Shown here in pieces: positions 37,089 through 45,644 of a DNA stretch of 52,526 nucleotides; positions within the stretch are counted from its first letter, which is position 1; every line of letters starts with the position of its first letter. Under the pieces are notes generated by a model. It was not told where the DNA came from and made no database searches. It saw nothing but the letters and a program-made list of their open reading frames with translations. The position numbers and the translations under genes are program-made. Origin of the DNA: Planctomycetaceae bacterium (GTDB taxonomy: Bacteria > Planctomycetota > Planctomycetia > Pirellulales > UBA1268); NCBI GenBank assembly GCA_046086245.1, contig JBJSXB010000253.1, positions 1-52,526 on the forward strand. The letters run 5' to 3'.

Positions 37089-38306
37089 TCAGGTGGACGA
37101 GGCCGCGCCGAGCTCCGCACGGACGGCCGGGTCGGGCTCGCGTGCGAGCCGGGACTGCAGGGCGGTCGATGCGTCGGTGGCTCCGGCGGCATGCCAGCGC
37201 CCCAAAGCCCAGGCCGACGCGGCCCGCACCAGCGGTGACGCGTCGTCGAGGGACGCGGTCAGGGCGGCGACGACCGCCGCGGCGAGCGGCGACTGCGGCG
37301 CCGCGAGGTTGCCCAGGGCGATCGCCGCGGAACGCAGCAGACCGGTGCGTTTGGCGCGGAGCAGCGGCGAACCGCGGAAGCGGCTGCGGAACCCTTCCTC
37401 GTCGAGCCGCAGCATGGCGACGAGGTCGATGGTCGGCTCACCATCGCGCGGTTGGAACGCCGGTTCGGCACTGCCCGGGGCGAGCCGATTCCACGGACAG
37501 ACGCGCTGGCACTCGTCACACCCGAAGACCCAGTCTCCCATCCCGGATCGCAGTTCGGCCGGCACCATGCCCCGCTCCTCGATCGACAGCGCGCTGATGC
37601 ACCGCGCGGCATCGAGCACGCGCGGGGCGACGAACGCTCCGGTCGGGCAGGCATCGAGACACGCGGTGCAGGTACCGCAGTGATCGACGAGCACGGGGTC
37701 GTCGGTGGGTAGCGTGGCGGTGGTGAGCAAGGCGGTGAGGAGGAAGTGGCTTCCCGCGCGGGGATCGATGAGCATCGTGTTCTTTCCGAACCAACCCAAG
37801 CCCGCGAGCCAAGCGTATTCGCGCTCCGCCAGTGGTGCCGAGTCGACGACACCGCGCGTCCGGCAGCCGGGGAGTTGGGTCTCGACCCACTCGGCGAGGG
37901 TGTTGACGCGTCGCCGGAGCAGACGGTGGTAGTCGTCCCCCCAGGCGAAACTCGCCACGCGGCCCCGGCCGGGCGGCGCCGGCGGCGCGGCGGCGGGATG
38001 GTCGGTCGCGAGCATGATCACGCTGCGGACACCCGGCAGCAGCGCGGCGACCTGCCGCCGGAGCGGCTCGTGCCGCTCGAGCCAGCGCTGGACCGGGCCG
38101 CCGAGACCGGCCGCGAGCCACGCTCGGAAGCGCTCGTGGACGCGCGGGTCGCGCCCGTCGGCGGCGGCGATTCCGAGGCGGGCGAAGCCCAACTCCGCGG
38201 CGCGGGTGCGCAGCGCGGCAAGCAGGTCCCCGTTCCCCCGGGGGAACGGGACGAAGGCGGGCTCGGCGTCGGTCGCAACGCCCCCGGGAGGCGACGGTTC
38301 GGCCAT
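37089..38306 (-). CDS. queG: tRNA epoxyqueuosine(34) reductase QueG with C-terminal HEAT-like repeats
   Basis: 'GLGWFGKNTMLI', ferredoxin motifs 'CGTCTACLDACPTGA' and 'CDECQRVCPWN', C-terminal 'DASPLVRAASAWALG'. ATG at 38306 preferred. A TTG at 38336 is the alternative. Confidence 0.9.
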   Translation of the reverse strand: MAEPSPPGGVATDAEPAFVPFPRGNGDLLAALRTRAAELGFARLGIAAADGRDPRVHERFRAWLAAGLGGPVQRWLERHEPLRRQVAALLPGVRSVIMLATDHPAAAPPAPPGRGRVASFAWGDDYHRLLRRRVNTLAEWVETQLPGCRTRGVVDSAPLAEREYAWLAGLGWFGKNTMLIDPRAGSHFLLTALLTTATLPTDDPVLVDHCGTCTACLDACPTGAFVAPRVLDAARCISALSIEERGMVPAELRSGMGDWVFGCDECQRVCPWNRLAPGSAEPAFQPRDGEPTIDLVAMLRLDEEGFRSRFRGSPLLRAKRTGLLRSAAIALGNLAAPQSPLAAAVVAALTASLDDASPLVRAASAWALGRWHAAGATDASTALQSRLAREPDPAVRAELGAASST

Positions 38307-38448
38307 CGGTTTCGGCAGGTTGGGTTGGAAGGGCAACCGGGAACCTCGCCGGGGGGCGAGGGTGTGGAACTGATCTGGACCCGGGAGGGGCGAACGCTAT
38401 TCTCCCCCCCGCGCCGTCGTTTCCAAAACCAGCCGCGGAGAGCCAATC

Positions 38449-39282
38449 GTGCCGTACCCGATCTCCATCCGCACTCCGCCCTGCGATCGCGGGCCGGCGG
38501 CCGGATCGCCGGGCCACGGCCTTCCCCGCGCGCACCGACCCTATGTTTGCCTCGTCGTCGCGGCGCTGCTCGGTCTGCTGCTGGTGGTGGTGGCGGGTTG
38601 CCAGACGCCGCCTCAGGGCGCGGCGCCCGCCTACGGCGCCTATCCCGCCACGGTGCCCCCGCCGGGCACCGGCATGATCCACCAGGCGGCCCCGTACGGC
38701 GGCTATGTGAGCACGCCCCAGGGCGCCGCCTATCCGCCCGCCGCCCCGGTGATGCCCGGTCCGACTGCCTCGTCCTGGCCGGCGGCGACCACTCCCGCGC
38801 CGGCGCTCACGCAGGCCCCCGCCGCCGCGCCGGCCAACAGCTGGACCTGGGCGCAATCGAGCCAATCGTCGGTCCCCGCCAACATCCAGCAGTATCCGCA
38901 GCAATTGACCAATCAGGTCAACCAATACGGGCAGGGACTCAACCAGCAGGCGCAGCAATACGCGAACCAACTCCAGCAGCAGCCGCAGCAGTTCGCCAAT
39001 CAGGCCCAGCAGTCGCTCGCCCAGCAACAGGCCCAGATCACCAACCAGTTGCAGGGCACTGCCAACCAGTACCAGCAGAGCTTCAACAACCAGCTCAACC
39101 AGCTCAACAATCAGTTCCAGCAGAACGTCCAGCAGGGGCAACAGGCCCTCAATAACCAGTTGCAGCAGGCGCTCCCGCAGGCGCCGCAGCAGCAGACGGT
39201 CAACGGCAGCTGGTGGCCGTTCAACAGCCCCGGCGGCTTGCCCCCCGCGCGCTCGACGCCGGCCGTCCCCGCCCGTTACTGA
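38449..39282 (+). CDS. Lipoprotein with an extreme Gln/Asn-rich repetitive C-terminal half
   Basis: GGAGAG RBS and GTG start. Lipobox 'LVVVAGC'. Pro/Ala/Tyr-rich spacer, then about 110 aa of 'NQ(L/V)xQQ' repeats (QQLTNQVNQYGQGLNQQAQQYANQLQQQPQQFANQAQQ...). No family recognised. Confidence 0.55.
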   Translation: MPYPISIRTPPCDRGPAAGSPGHGLPRAHRPYVCLVVAALLGLLLVVVAGCQTPPQGAAPAYGAYPATVPPPGTGMIHQAAPYGGYVSTPQGAAYPPAAPVMPGPTASSWPAATTPAPALTQAPAAAPANSWTWAQSSQSSVPANIQQYPQQLTNQVNQYGQGLNQQAQQYANQLQQQPQQFANQAQQSLAQQQAQITNQLQGTANQYQQSFNNQLNQLNNQFQQNVQQGQQALNNQLQQALPQAPQQQTVNGSWWPFNSPGGLPPARSTPAVPARY

Positions 39283-39387
39283 GCGCCCGCCCCGTTCGGC
39301 GCGGCATGCGTCCGGAACGCCGCCGTCCCGCCCCCGCCGTGGTATCGTGGCGGGAGCCGTCTGCCGACGGCGTCGAGGGCTGCCGCC

Positions 39388-41322
39388 ATGCTCGACTTCC
39401 TTTCCCGGCTCGCGGTGCCGACGCGTCTGGGGATCACCGCCGCCGATTGGAAGGTGGTGGAGCGTATCGAGGCCCTCGCTACCGGCATGGAGGGGCACAG
39501 CGACGCGGCGCTCCGCCGGCTCGCGCGCTCGCTCTCCTATCGCGTGAAGGCGGGCGAGCCGGTGGAGGCGGTGCTCGTCGAGAGTTTCGCTGCCACCCGC
39601 GAGGCGTCGCGCCGGACGATCGGCCTGCGCCATTACGACGTGCAGTTGCTCGCCGGCGTGGCGCTGGTGCGCGGGGCGATCGTCGAGATGCAGACCGGCG
39701 AGGGCAAGACGCTCGTCGCCACCCTGCCGCTGGCACTCTACGCCCTGGCGGGCAAGGGTGCCCATCTGGCGACGGTGAACGACTACCTCGCGCGGCGCGA
39801 CGCCGAGTGGATGGGTCCGGTATACGAAGCGCTCGGGTTGTCGGTCGGTATCGTGCAGTCGCAGATGGACTTCGACCCGCGGCGCGACGCCTATGCCAGG
39901 GACGTGACATATGGCACGGCGAAGGAGTTCGGATTCGACTTCCTCAAGGACCGTCTCATGGCCCGTGAGATCGCCGAGGGACGGGGCGACCTCGGGGCGG
40001 CGCTGGCGGGACGCGCGGGGGCGGGAGCGCCGAAGTTGCTCCAGCGGCCCTACTGGTTCGCCCTGGTGGACGAGGCCGACAACGTCCTCATCGACGAGGC
40101 GCGGACGCCACTGATCATCTCCGCCCCCCCCGGCGAGGCCCAGGCGGTGCAGCAGGAACTGTTTCGCTTCGCCGCCCGCGTCGCCGAGGAACTCGACCCG
40201 AAGGCCGACTACGAGTTCGACCCTCAGAAGAAGACCTGCGAATTGCTCGGGCCGGGACGCAGCCGGGTGCGGGCGTCCCCGCGATCGGTGCTGCTGGACT
40301 CCTTGAGCCTGCTGGCGATCTACGAGGCGGTGGAGCGCGCCGTGAAGGCGCGGGTGGCGTTCATCCGCGACCGGCAGTACGTCGTCCGCGATGGCAAGGT
40401 CGTGATCATCGACGAGTTCACCGGGCGCTCCGCCGAGGGCCGCACGTGGCGCGACGGACTTCATCAGGCGGTGGAAGCGAAGGAAGGACTGGAGGTGACC
40501 GTGCCGTCCGGGCATGCCGCCCGGATCACGATCCAGGATCTGTTCGCGCGCTGGCCGCATCTCGCGGGCATGACGGGCACGATCGCCTCGAGTGGTCGGG
40601 AGATCGGCCGTACCTATGGGGTCGCGGTGGCGACCGTGCCGACCCACCGCCCCGCGATCCGGCGCCGGCTCCCCGCCGTGGTCACCGCCGACCAGGAAGC
40701 GAAGTTCGCGCGGATCGTCGCCGAGACGGCGGAGATGCACGCCGTCGGACGGCCGGTGCTCATCGGGACACGGTCGATCGACCGTTCGGAGGAACTGTCG
40801 CGGTTGCTCACGGCCGCCGGGCTGCCGCACACCGTGCTCAACGCGCGGCAGATCGAGCGCGAGGCGGAGATCGTCGCCTCCGCCGGACAACGCGGACAGA
40901 TCACCGTCTCCACCAACATGGCCGGTCGCGGCACCGATATCAAACTCGGACCGGGGGTCGCCGAGCTCGGCGGACTGCACGTGGTCTGCACGGAGCTGCA
41001 CGATTCGCCGCGCATCGATCGCCAGCTCGTCGGCCGCTCGGGTCGGCAGGGTGATCCGGGGACATGGCGGCAATACGTCGCACTCGACGATGAGATCCTC
41101 GTCGCGGCCTACGGTGCGGATCGCGCCGCGCGGATCGTGGCCCGTGAACGGCGGCGGATCGACACCGCTCCGGAGCGCGTGCTCGCCGCCTTTCAGCGCG
41201 CGCAGCGCACCGTCGAGGCCCGTCATGTGCGCCAGCGGCGGGTGCTGGAGTACGTCGAGCGACAGCGCGCCGAGGCGCACATCCAGATGAGCCAGGATCC
41301 CTACCTCGACGCCGCCTCGTGA
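39388..41322 (+). CDS. SecA-like ATPase, short paralog (NBD1-PPXD-NBD2 plus the start of the scaffold helix only)
   Basis: 'MQTGEGKTLVATL' (Walker A), 'LVDEADNVLIDEARTPLIIS', 'TNMAGRGTDIKLG', 'GGLHVVCTELHDSPRIDRQLVGRSGRQGDPG'. The protein ends about 85 aa after the last motif, whereas canonical SecA continues for several hundred residues. Confidence 0.9.
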   Translation: MLDFLSRLAVPTRLGITAADWKVVERIEALATGMEGHSDAALRRLARSLSYRVKAGEPVEAVLVESFAATREASRRTIGLRHYDVQLLAGVALVRGAIVEMQTGEGKTLVATLPLALYALAGKGAHLATVNDYLARRDAEWMGPVYEALGLSVGIVQSQMDFDPRRDAYARDVTYGTAKEFGFDFLKDRLMAREIAEGRGDLGAALAGRAGAGAPKLLQRPYWFALVDEADNVLIDEARTPLIISAPPGEAQAVQQELFRFAARVAEELDPKADYEFDPQKKTCELLGPGRSRVRASPRSVLLDSLSLLAIYEAVERAVKARVAFIRDRQYVVRDGKVVIIDEFTGRSAEGRTWRDGLHQAVEAKEGLEVTVPSGHAARITIQDLFARWPHLAGMTGTIASSGREIGRTYGVAVATVPTHRPAIRRRLPAVVTADQEAKFARIVAETAEMHAVGRPVLIGTRSIDRSEELSRLLTAAGLPHTVLNARQIEREAEIVASAGQRGQITVSTNMAGRGTDIKLGPGVAELGGLHVVCTELHDSPRIDRQLVGRSGRQGDPGTWRQYVALDDEILVAAYGADRAARIVARERRRIDTAPERVLAAFQRAQRTVEARHVRQRRVLEYVERQRAEAHIQMSQDPYLDAAS

Positions 41323-41490
41323 ACGGCCTCTGGTGCCGCGGCGATCGCTTCCCTGCCTTCGCCAAGCTTCCCTGCCTGCCGCGCCGCCGTGGCGGGGAAG
41401 GCACTGGCGTTGACGTGGCGCACGGTCGCATGTGACTGTCCGCCGCCCCACCGGCAGGCGCCGTTCCCGGCATTCCGCAGAGGTATCGAT

Positions 41491-42837
41491 GTGACCCACA
41501 ACCCGTGCCTTCGCGCGCGGGCGATTGCCTGCGCGGCCCTCGGATGGTGGCTGGTACAGGCCGTGCCGCGGTATGGCCGTGCCGACGAGGCCGGCGCCGG
41601 GGCGCCCCTGGAAAGCCTGCCCGCCGCGGCCGCGGGAGACTCGTCGAACGCGGGCAGCGCCGGCCCGGGCAGCGCCGCCCCCGATGTTTCCGGCGCGGAT
41701 CCCGCCGTCCGTCCCGAGACGCCGGCGCCGGCCGACCGCCCCGATGGCGTGGCCGGCGCCGCGGCGCCGCCGTCGGAGGAATCGCACGAGCCACCGGTGG
41801 CAGTGCCCTCTCCCCCCGCGTGGGCACCGCGCCGGTCAGCCGATGGCACCGTGTCGGTGATGGTGGCTCCGCAGCCGGCTCCTCCCGCGACGATCGCGCC
41901 GCCGGGCGCGGCCAGCGCCGCCGCCGAGTTGGCGGGCACGCTGCTCGCCGATGCGGGCCCCGCCGACGTCGACTTGGCCGGCGGACGGCCGCTGACGCTC
42001 ATCGAGGCGCTCGAGCGCCCCGGCGACCGTGCCCGACGGCTCTGGATCGCACAGGCCTACTGGAAGGCGTCCGCGGCGCTGGCGACGGTACGGTCGCAGG
42101 CCGACGCCGTGGCCCGGATCGAAGGCGTCGCCCCCGGGGGGGCCGCGCGCGATCGGGATGCCGTCGACACGGCGCTTGCCGGCGCGCGGGCCGATCTGGA
42201 GGATGCCCGCGCGGAACTGGCCGCGGCGCGGCAGGAACTCGCCGATCTCGCGCTCTTGTCACCCGGTGAGCCCCTCCCCTGGCCCGCCGACGTGCCGCTC
42301 GTGGTCCCGTACCAGACCCACTTCGCGGTGATCTTCGCCTCCCGACCCAGCACGGGGCGGGTTCGTGCCGTCGACCGGATGCTGCCGCACCGCCATGCAG
42401 CCCTCGAGGCACGCGCGGCGGCGGCGCTCGCCTGTCGCCGGGCGACGATCGCGGCCGACGAGGATCACGCGCGTGGAGCCTGTCCGGTGGAGGCGGTGCT
42501 CTCGTCCCACGAGACGCTCGCCCGTGTGGAGCGGCAGTGGTCTGCCGATGTCCGCGTTTACAACACCCTGGTCGCGGAGTACGTGATGGCGGTGGCCGAC
42601 GCCACGGTCCCCGACGAGGCGTTCGCGCGGATGCTCATCGGCTCGCCACTTCCCCGGCCGCTGGCGCCGGGTTTCGCGGCGGCCCCGTCGGCCGCCGGTC
42701 AGGCACAGTTCGTCGGCGGCGCGGGCGCCTGGCCGGCCGGTCAGGCGACGGTGCCGACCGCCCCGCCGCTGCTGGTCTCCCCTCCCGGGGTCGTCGTGGC
42801 GCCCGGCGTGGTCGCCCCGTCGGGACGGCGCGACTGA
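41491..42837 (+). CDS. Secreted hypothetical protein with TolC/OEP-like helical-hairpin segments
   Basis: AGAGG lies 7 nt before GTG 41491. Signal-like N-terminus (ARAIACAALGWWLVQAVP). Ala/Pro-rich spacer. Then 'LTLIEALERPGDR..RLWIAQAYWKA' and 'ARAELAAARQELADLALLSPGEPL', which resemble outer-membrane efflux protein repeats. The start may instead be 41389. Confidence 0.45.
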   Translation: MTHNPCLRARAIACAALGWWLVQAVPRYGRADEAGAGAPLESLPAAAAGDSSNAGSAGPGSAAPDVSGADPAVRPETPAPADRPDGVAGAAAPPSEESHEPPVAVPSPPAWAPRRSADGTVSVMVAPQPAPPATIAPPGAASAAAELAGTLLADAGPADVDLAGGRPLTLIEALERPGDRARRLWIAQAYWKASAALATVRSQADAVARIEGVAPGGAARDRDAVDTALAGARADLEDARAELAAARQELADLALLSPGEPLPWPADVPLVVPYQTHFAVIFASRPSTGRVRAVDRMLPHRHAALEARAAAALACRRATIAADEDHARGACPVEAVLSSHETLARVERQWSADVRVYNTLVAEYVMAVADATVPDEAFARMLIGSPLPRPLAPGFAAAPSAAGQAQFVGGAGAWPAGQATVPTAPPLLVSPPGVVVAPGVVAPSGRRD

Positions 42838-42882
42838 CCGGTCTGCTTCCGCCCCGTCGGTGCGGCACCGTACGATGGGGGA

Positions 42883-43983
42883 ATGTTGGCCGCATCCGCC
42901 CCCGTGTCTCCGCCGGTCGCGCCGCTGCGTCTGGGACCGGTCGTCGTCGATCCGCCGGTGCTGCAGGCGCCGATGGCGGGCTACACCAACTACGCGTTCC
43001 GCGAGGTGGTTCGCGGTTTCGGCGGTGCGGGGTTGCTCGCCACCGAAATGATCGCCGCGCGGAGCGCCACCTGGTTGGAGACCCATCGCGGGGAGCATCC
43101 CGACCGGCTGTGGGGAGTGCGCGACGAACCGCGGCCGCTGGCCGTGCAGATGTGGGACAACGACCCCGACAATCTCGCCGCGGTCGGGCGCCGATTGGCG
43201 CGTGACTTCCGCGTCAGCGTCGTCGACCTCAATTTCGGCTGCCCGGTCCGGCAGGTGACCGAGAAAGCCCACAGCGGCTCCTGGCTGCTGCGTGATCCCG
43301 ACCGTGTCGGCGTGATCGTGCGCCGCGTCGTCGAGGCGTGCGACGGTGTGCCCGTGACCGCGAAGATCCGTCTCGGCTGTGCCGACGGGTGTCGGACGGC
43401 GATCGAGGTCGCGCAGCGCGTCGAGGAGGCCGGCGCGGCGGGACTCACCGTCCACGGCCGGGTGGCGTCGCAGTTCTTCACCGGACGCGCCGACTGGGAC
43501 GCGATCGCCGCGGTGAAGCGGAGCGTCACACGGATGCCGGTCATCGGCAACGGCGACATCAGCACCGCCGCCATCGCGGTGGAGCGGCTGCGCCAGGGGG
43601 GGGTCGACGGCGTCATGGTGGCCCGCGAGGCGCTGGCCAGACCGTGGATCTTCGCCCAGATCGCCGCCCTGTTGGCGGGCCGGGAGCCCCCTCCCGACCC
43701 GTCGCTCGCCGAGCAGCGGGAGATCGTGCTCGTCCACTATCGGCTCGTCTGCGCGCGATTTGGTGTCGGGCGGGGAACCCTCCTGATGCGGAAGTTCGCC
43801 TGTTCGTACGCACAGGGCCTGCCGGGCGCCCGCGAATTCCGCGGCCGCGTCTCGCGCGTGTCGACGGCGGAAGAGTTTCTCGACGTGATGGATCGATGGT
43901 TTCCCGGCCGGAGCGCTAACCCGATTGAGGGCAATGTTTTGCGGCCGGATGGGACGATTTTCGACAATTTTTGTTGTCGCTAG
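42883..43983 (+). CDS. tRNA-dihydrouridine synthase (DusB-like), copy 2
   Basis: 'LQAPMAGYTNYAFR', 'VVDLNFGCPVRQV', 'PVTAKIRLG', 'LTVHGR', 'DGVMVAREALARPWIF'. Confidence 0.9.
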   Translation: MLAASAPVSPPVAPLRLGPVVVDPPVLQAPMAGYTNYAFREVVRGFGGAGLLATEMIAARSATWLETHRGEHPDRLWGVRDEPRPLAVQMWDNDPDNLAAVGRRLARDFRVSVVDLNFGCPVRQVTEKAHSGSWLLRDPDRVGVIVRRVVEACDGVPVTAKIRLGCADGCRTAIEVAQRVEEAGAAGLTVHGRVASQFFTGRADWDAIAAVKRSVTRMPVIGNGDISTAAIAVERLRQGGVDGVMVAREALARPWIFAQIAALLAGREPPPDPSLAEQREIVLVHYRLVCARFGVGRGTLLMRKFACSYAQGLPGAREFRGRVSRVSTAEEFLDVMDRWFPGRSANPIEGNVLRPDGTIFDNFCCR

Positions 43984-44006
43984 TCGGCGAGTCTCTACAT
44001 TGCAGC

Positions 44007-44747
44007 ATGATGCCAGCCGACCGATTCACCGCCGACGCTCCGGTTGAACCCTCCGCGGCACGCGAGGCACGCCCCTCCGACCTGCCGCTGCTGGATGTTT
44101 TGCGGCTCGAAGGGCCGCTCGGCGTGGGTGCGATCGCCGCCCGGCTCGCGGTCACCTCCACGGCGGTCAGGCAGCGGCTCGACCGCCTGGTGCGCGACGG
44201 CCTGGTGGTGCGGTCGGGGACGCCGGCACCGCGTGGGGCCGAGCCGGCCGTCCGTCGGGGGCGTGGTCGCCCGGCCTATGTCTTCTCCCTCTCCCACAAG
44301 GGGCAGCGCATCGGGGGGGAGAACTATCGCGATCTGGCGATCGTGCTGTGGCGCGAACTCCGGGGCATCGCCGACGCCGACGTGCGGCGCGGTTTGCTCG
44401 GTCGGATCGGCTCGGCGCTGGCCGATCTCGTCCGTGCGGACGTCGCCGGGTCCACCCCCGCCGCCCGGCTCGAGGGGACGGCCGATTGGCTCCGGCGGCG
44501 CCGCGTGGCGGCCGAGTTCCGTGACGGCGAACTGCCGGTACTCGTCACCCATGGCTGTCCGTATCCCGGTCTGGCCGAATCGGACCGGGGGATCTGCGCC
44601 GCCGAGCGGATGATGATGGAGCACATCGTCGGATCGCCGATTCGCCTTTCCGAATGCCGCCTCGACGGCGGCGACTGCTGCCGCTTCGCGCTCGAGGGGC
44701 CCGCCACGGCGCAGTCCGTCGGCGTCGCCCCGGTCCGTCCGGTCTGA
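44007..44747 (+). CDS. sufR: SufR-like winged-helix regulator with a C-terminal Cys cluster
   Basis: ArsR/DeoR-type HTH '[40 protein letters not shown]'. C-terminal cysteines '[25 protein letters not shown]'. Located directly upstream of suf genes. Confidence 0.65.
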   Translation: MMPADRFTADAPVEPSAAREARPSDLPLLDVLRLEGPLGVGAIAARLAVTSTAVRQRLDRLVRDGLVVRSGTPAPRGAEPAVRRGRGRPAYVFSLSHKGQRIGGENYRDLAIVLWRELRGIADADVRRGLLGRIGSALADLVRADVAGSTPAARLEGTADWLRRRRVAAEFRDGELPVLVTHGCPYPGLAESDRGICAAERMMMEHIVGSPIRLSECRLDGGDCCRFALEGPATAQSVGVAPVRPV

Positions 44748-44859
44748 AGGTTCGTCGGTTTCCACCCGCGAAACACACCCACTGCCTGATCGTCCACCGG
44801 CCCGCCTCGTCGTTCCCCGTCGTCCATCGATCCGTCGTCCCGCCGTTTCCGGAGCCGTC

Positions 44860-45495
44860 ATGACCCAGCCGTTCAACGCCACACCATCCGCCGCAGGCCG
44901 TCCGTGGATCGAGGGCCGGTTCGAGGAGAACATGGTGCTCACCACCGTCGAGCAGGCGATCAACTGGGCCCGGCAGTCGAGCATCTGGCCGATGACGTTC
45001 GGCTTGGCGTGCTGCGCCATCGAGATGATGGCGGCGGGTGCCAGCCGCTATGACCTCGATCGATTCGGCGCGGGGGCGTTTCGGGCCACGCCGCGGCAGG
45101 CGGATTTGATGATCGTGGCGGGTACCGTCACCTACAAGATGGCCAGCCGCGTCCGCCGCCTCTACAACCTCATGCCCGATCCGAAGTACGTGATCGCGAT
45201 GGGCGCCTGCACGACCGGCGGCGGTCCGTATTTCAAGTGGGGCTACCATGTCGTCAAGGGCGTCGACCTGGTGGTGCCGGTCGATGTCTACGTCCCCGGC
45301 TGTCCACCGCGGCCGGAGAGCCTCCTCGAGGGGCTGATGCGGATTCAGGACAAGATCCTCGGGCAGCGGATCGCCCGTCGGCCCGAGGGTGGCAAGATGG
45401 ACGACGAACTCCCCGTGCCGCACCACTCGGGCTACGTCACCTCGCCGGTGGGCGACGGCGGTTTGGTGTTCGATCATCAGAAGGTTCAGCCGTGA
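44860..45495 (+). CDS. nuoB: NADH:quinone oxidoreductase subunit B-like (NuoB/NQO6 family, N2 [4Fe-4S] ligands present)
   Basis: '[17 protein letters not shown]', '[11 protein letters not shown]', '[15 protein letters not shown]', '[13 protein letters not shown]'. All four Cys ligands are present. GGAG RBS. Confidence 0.9.
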   Translation: MTQPFNATPSAAGRPWIEGRFEENMVLTTVEQAINWARQSSIWPMTFGLACCAIEMMAAGASRYDLDRFGAGAFRATPRQADLMIVAGTVTYKMASRVRRLYNLMPDPKYVIAMGACTTGGGPYFKWGYHVVKGVDLVVPVDVYVPGCPPRPESLLEGLMRIQDKILGQRIARRPEGGKMDDELPVPHHSGYVTSPVGDGGLVFDHQKVQP

Positions 45496-45644
45496 CGGCG
45501 GCGGCAGGCGGCCGGGGGCCGCGACGGGCTTGAGCCTGAGCCGACGATACGGCCGGGTGGCGGGGCGGGTATCCGTCCGTCGGCCCGGTGGGTCGGGCGT
45601 TGCGGAGCGCCGCGAGGCGATCAAGGTTTCCAGGGGAGGTATCG

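Noticed and set aside
38880-39200. Repetitive CAG/CAA/AAC DNA, considered as a non-coding tandem repeat or CRISPR-like array
   Set aside because: It is in frame within an ORF that has an RBS, a lipobox and a defined C-terminus. The units are irregular, with no repeat-spacer periodicity. No CRISPR array exists anywhere in the window.
37516-41787. 1423-aa minus-strand ORF, the longest in the window
   Set aside because: It lies antisense to queG, the Q/N lipoprotein and the SecA-like gene, all of which have strong motif support. The product is Arg/Gly/Pro-rich low complexity. Shadow ORF.
44758-44774. GTTTC-N7-GAAAC inverted repeat after sufR, considered as a SufR operator or terminator
   Set aside because: The arms are only 5 bp and there is a single copy. 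It does not match the cyanobacterial SufR palindrome as I remember it. Too weak to annotate.
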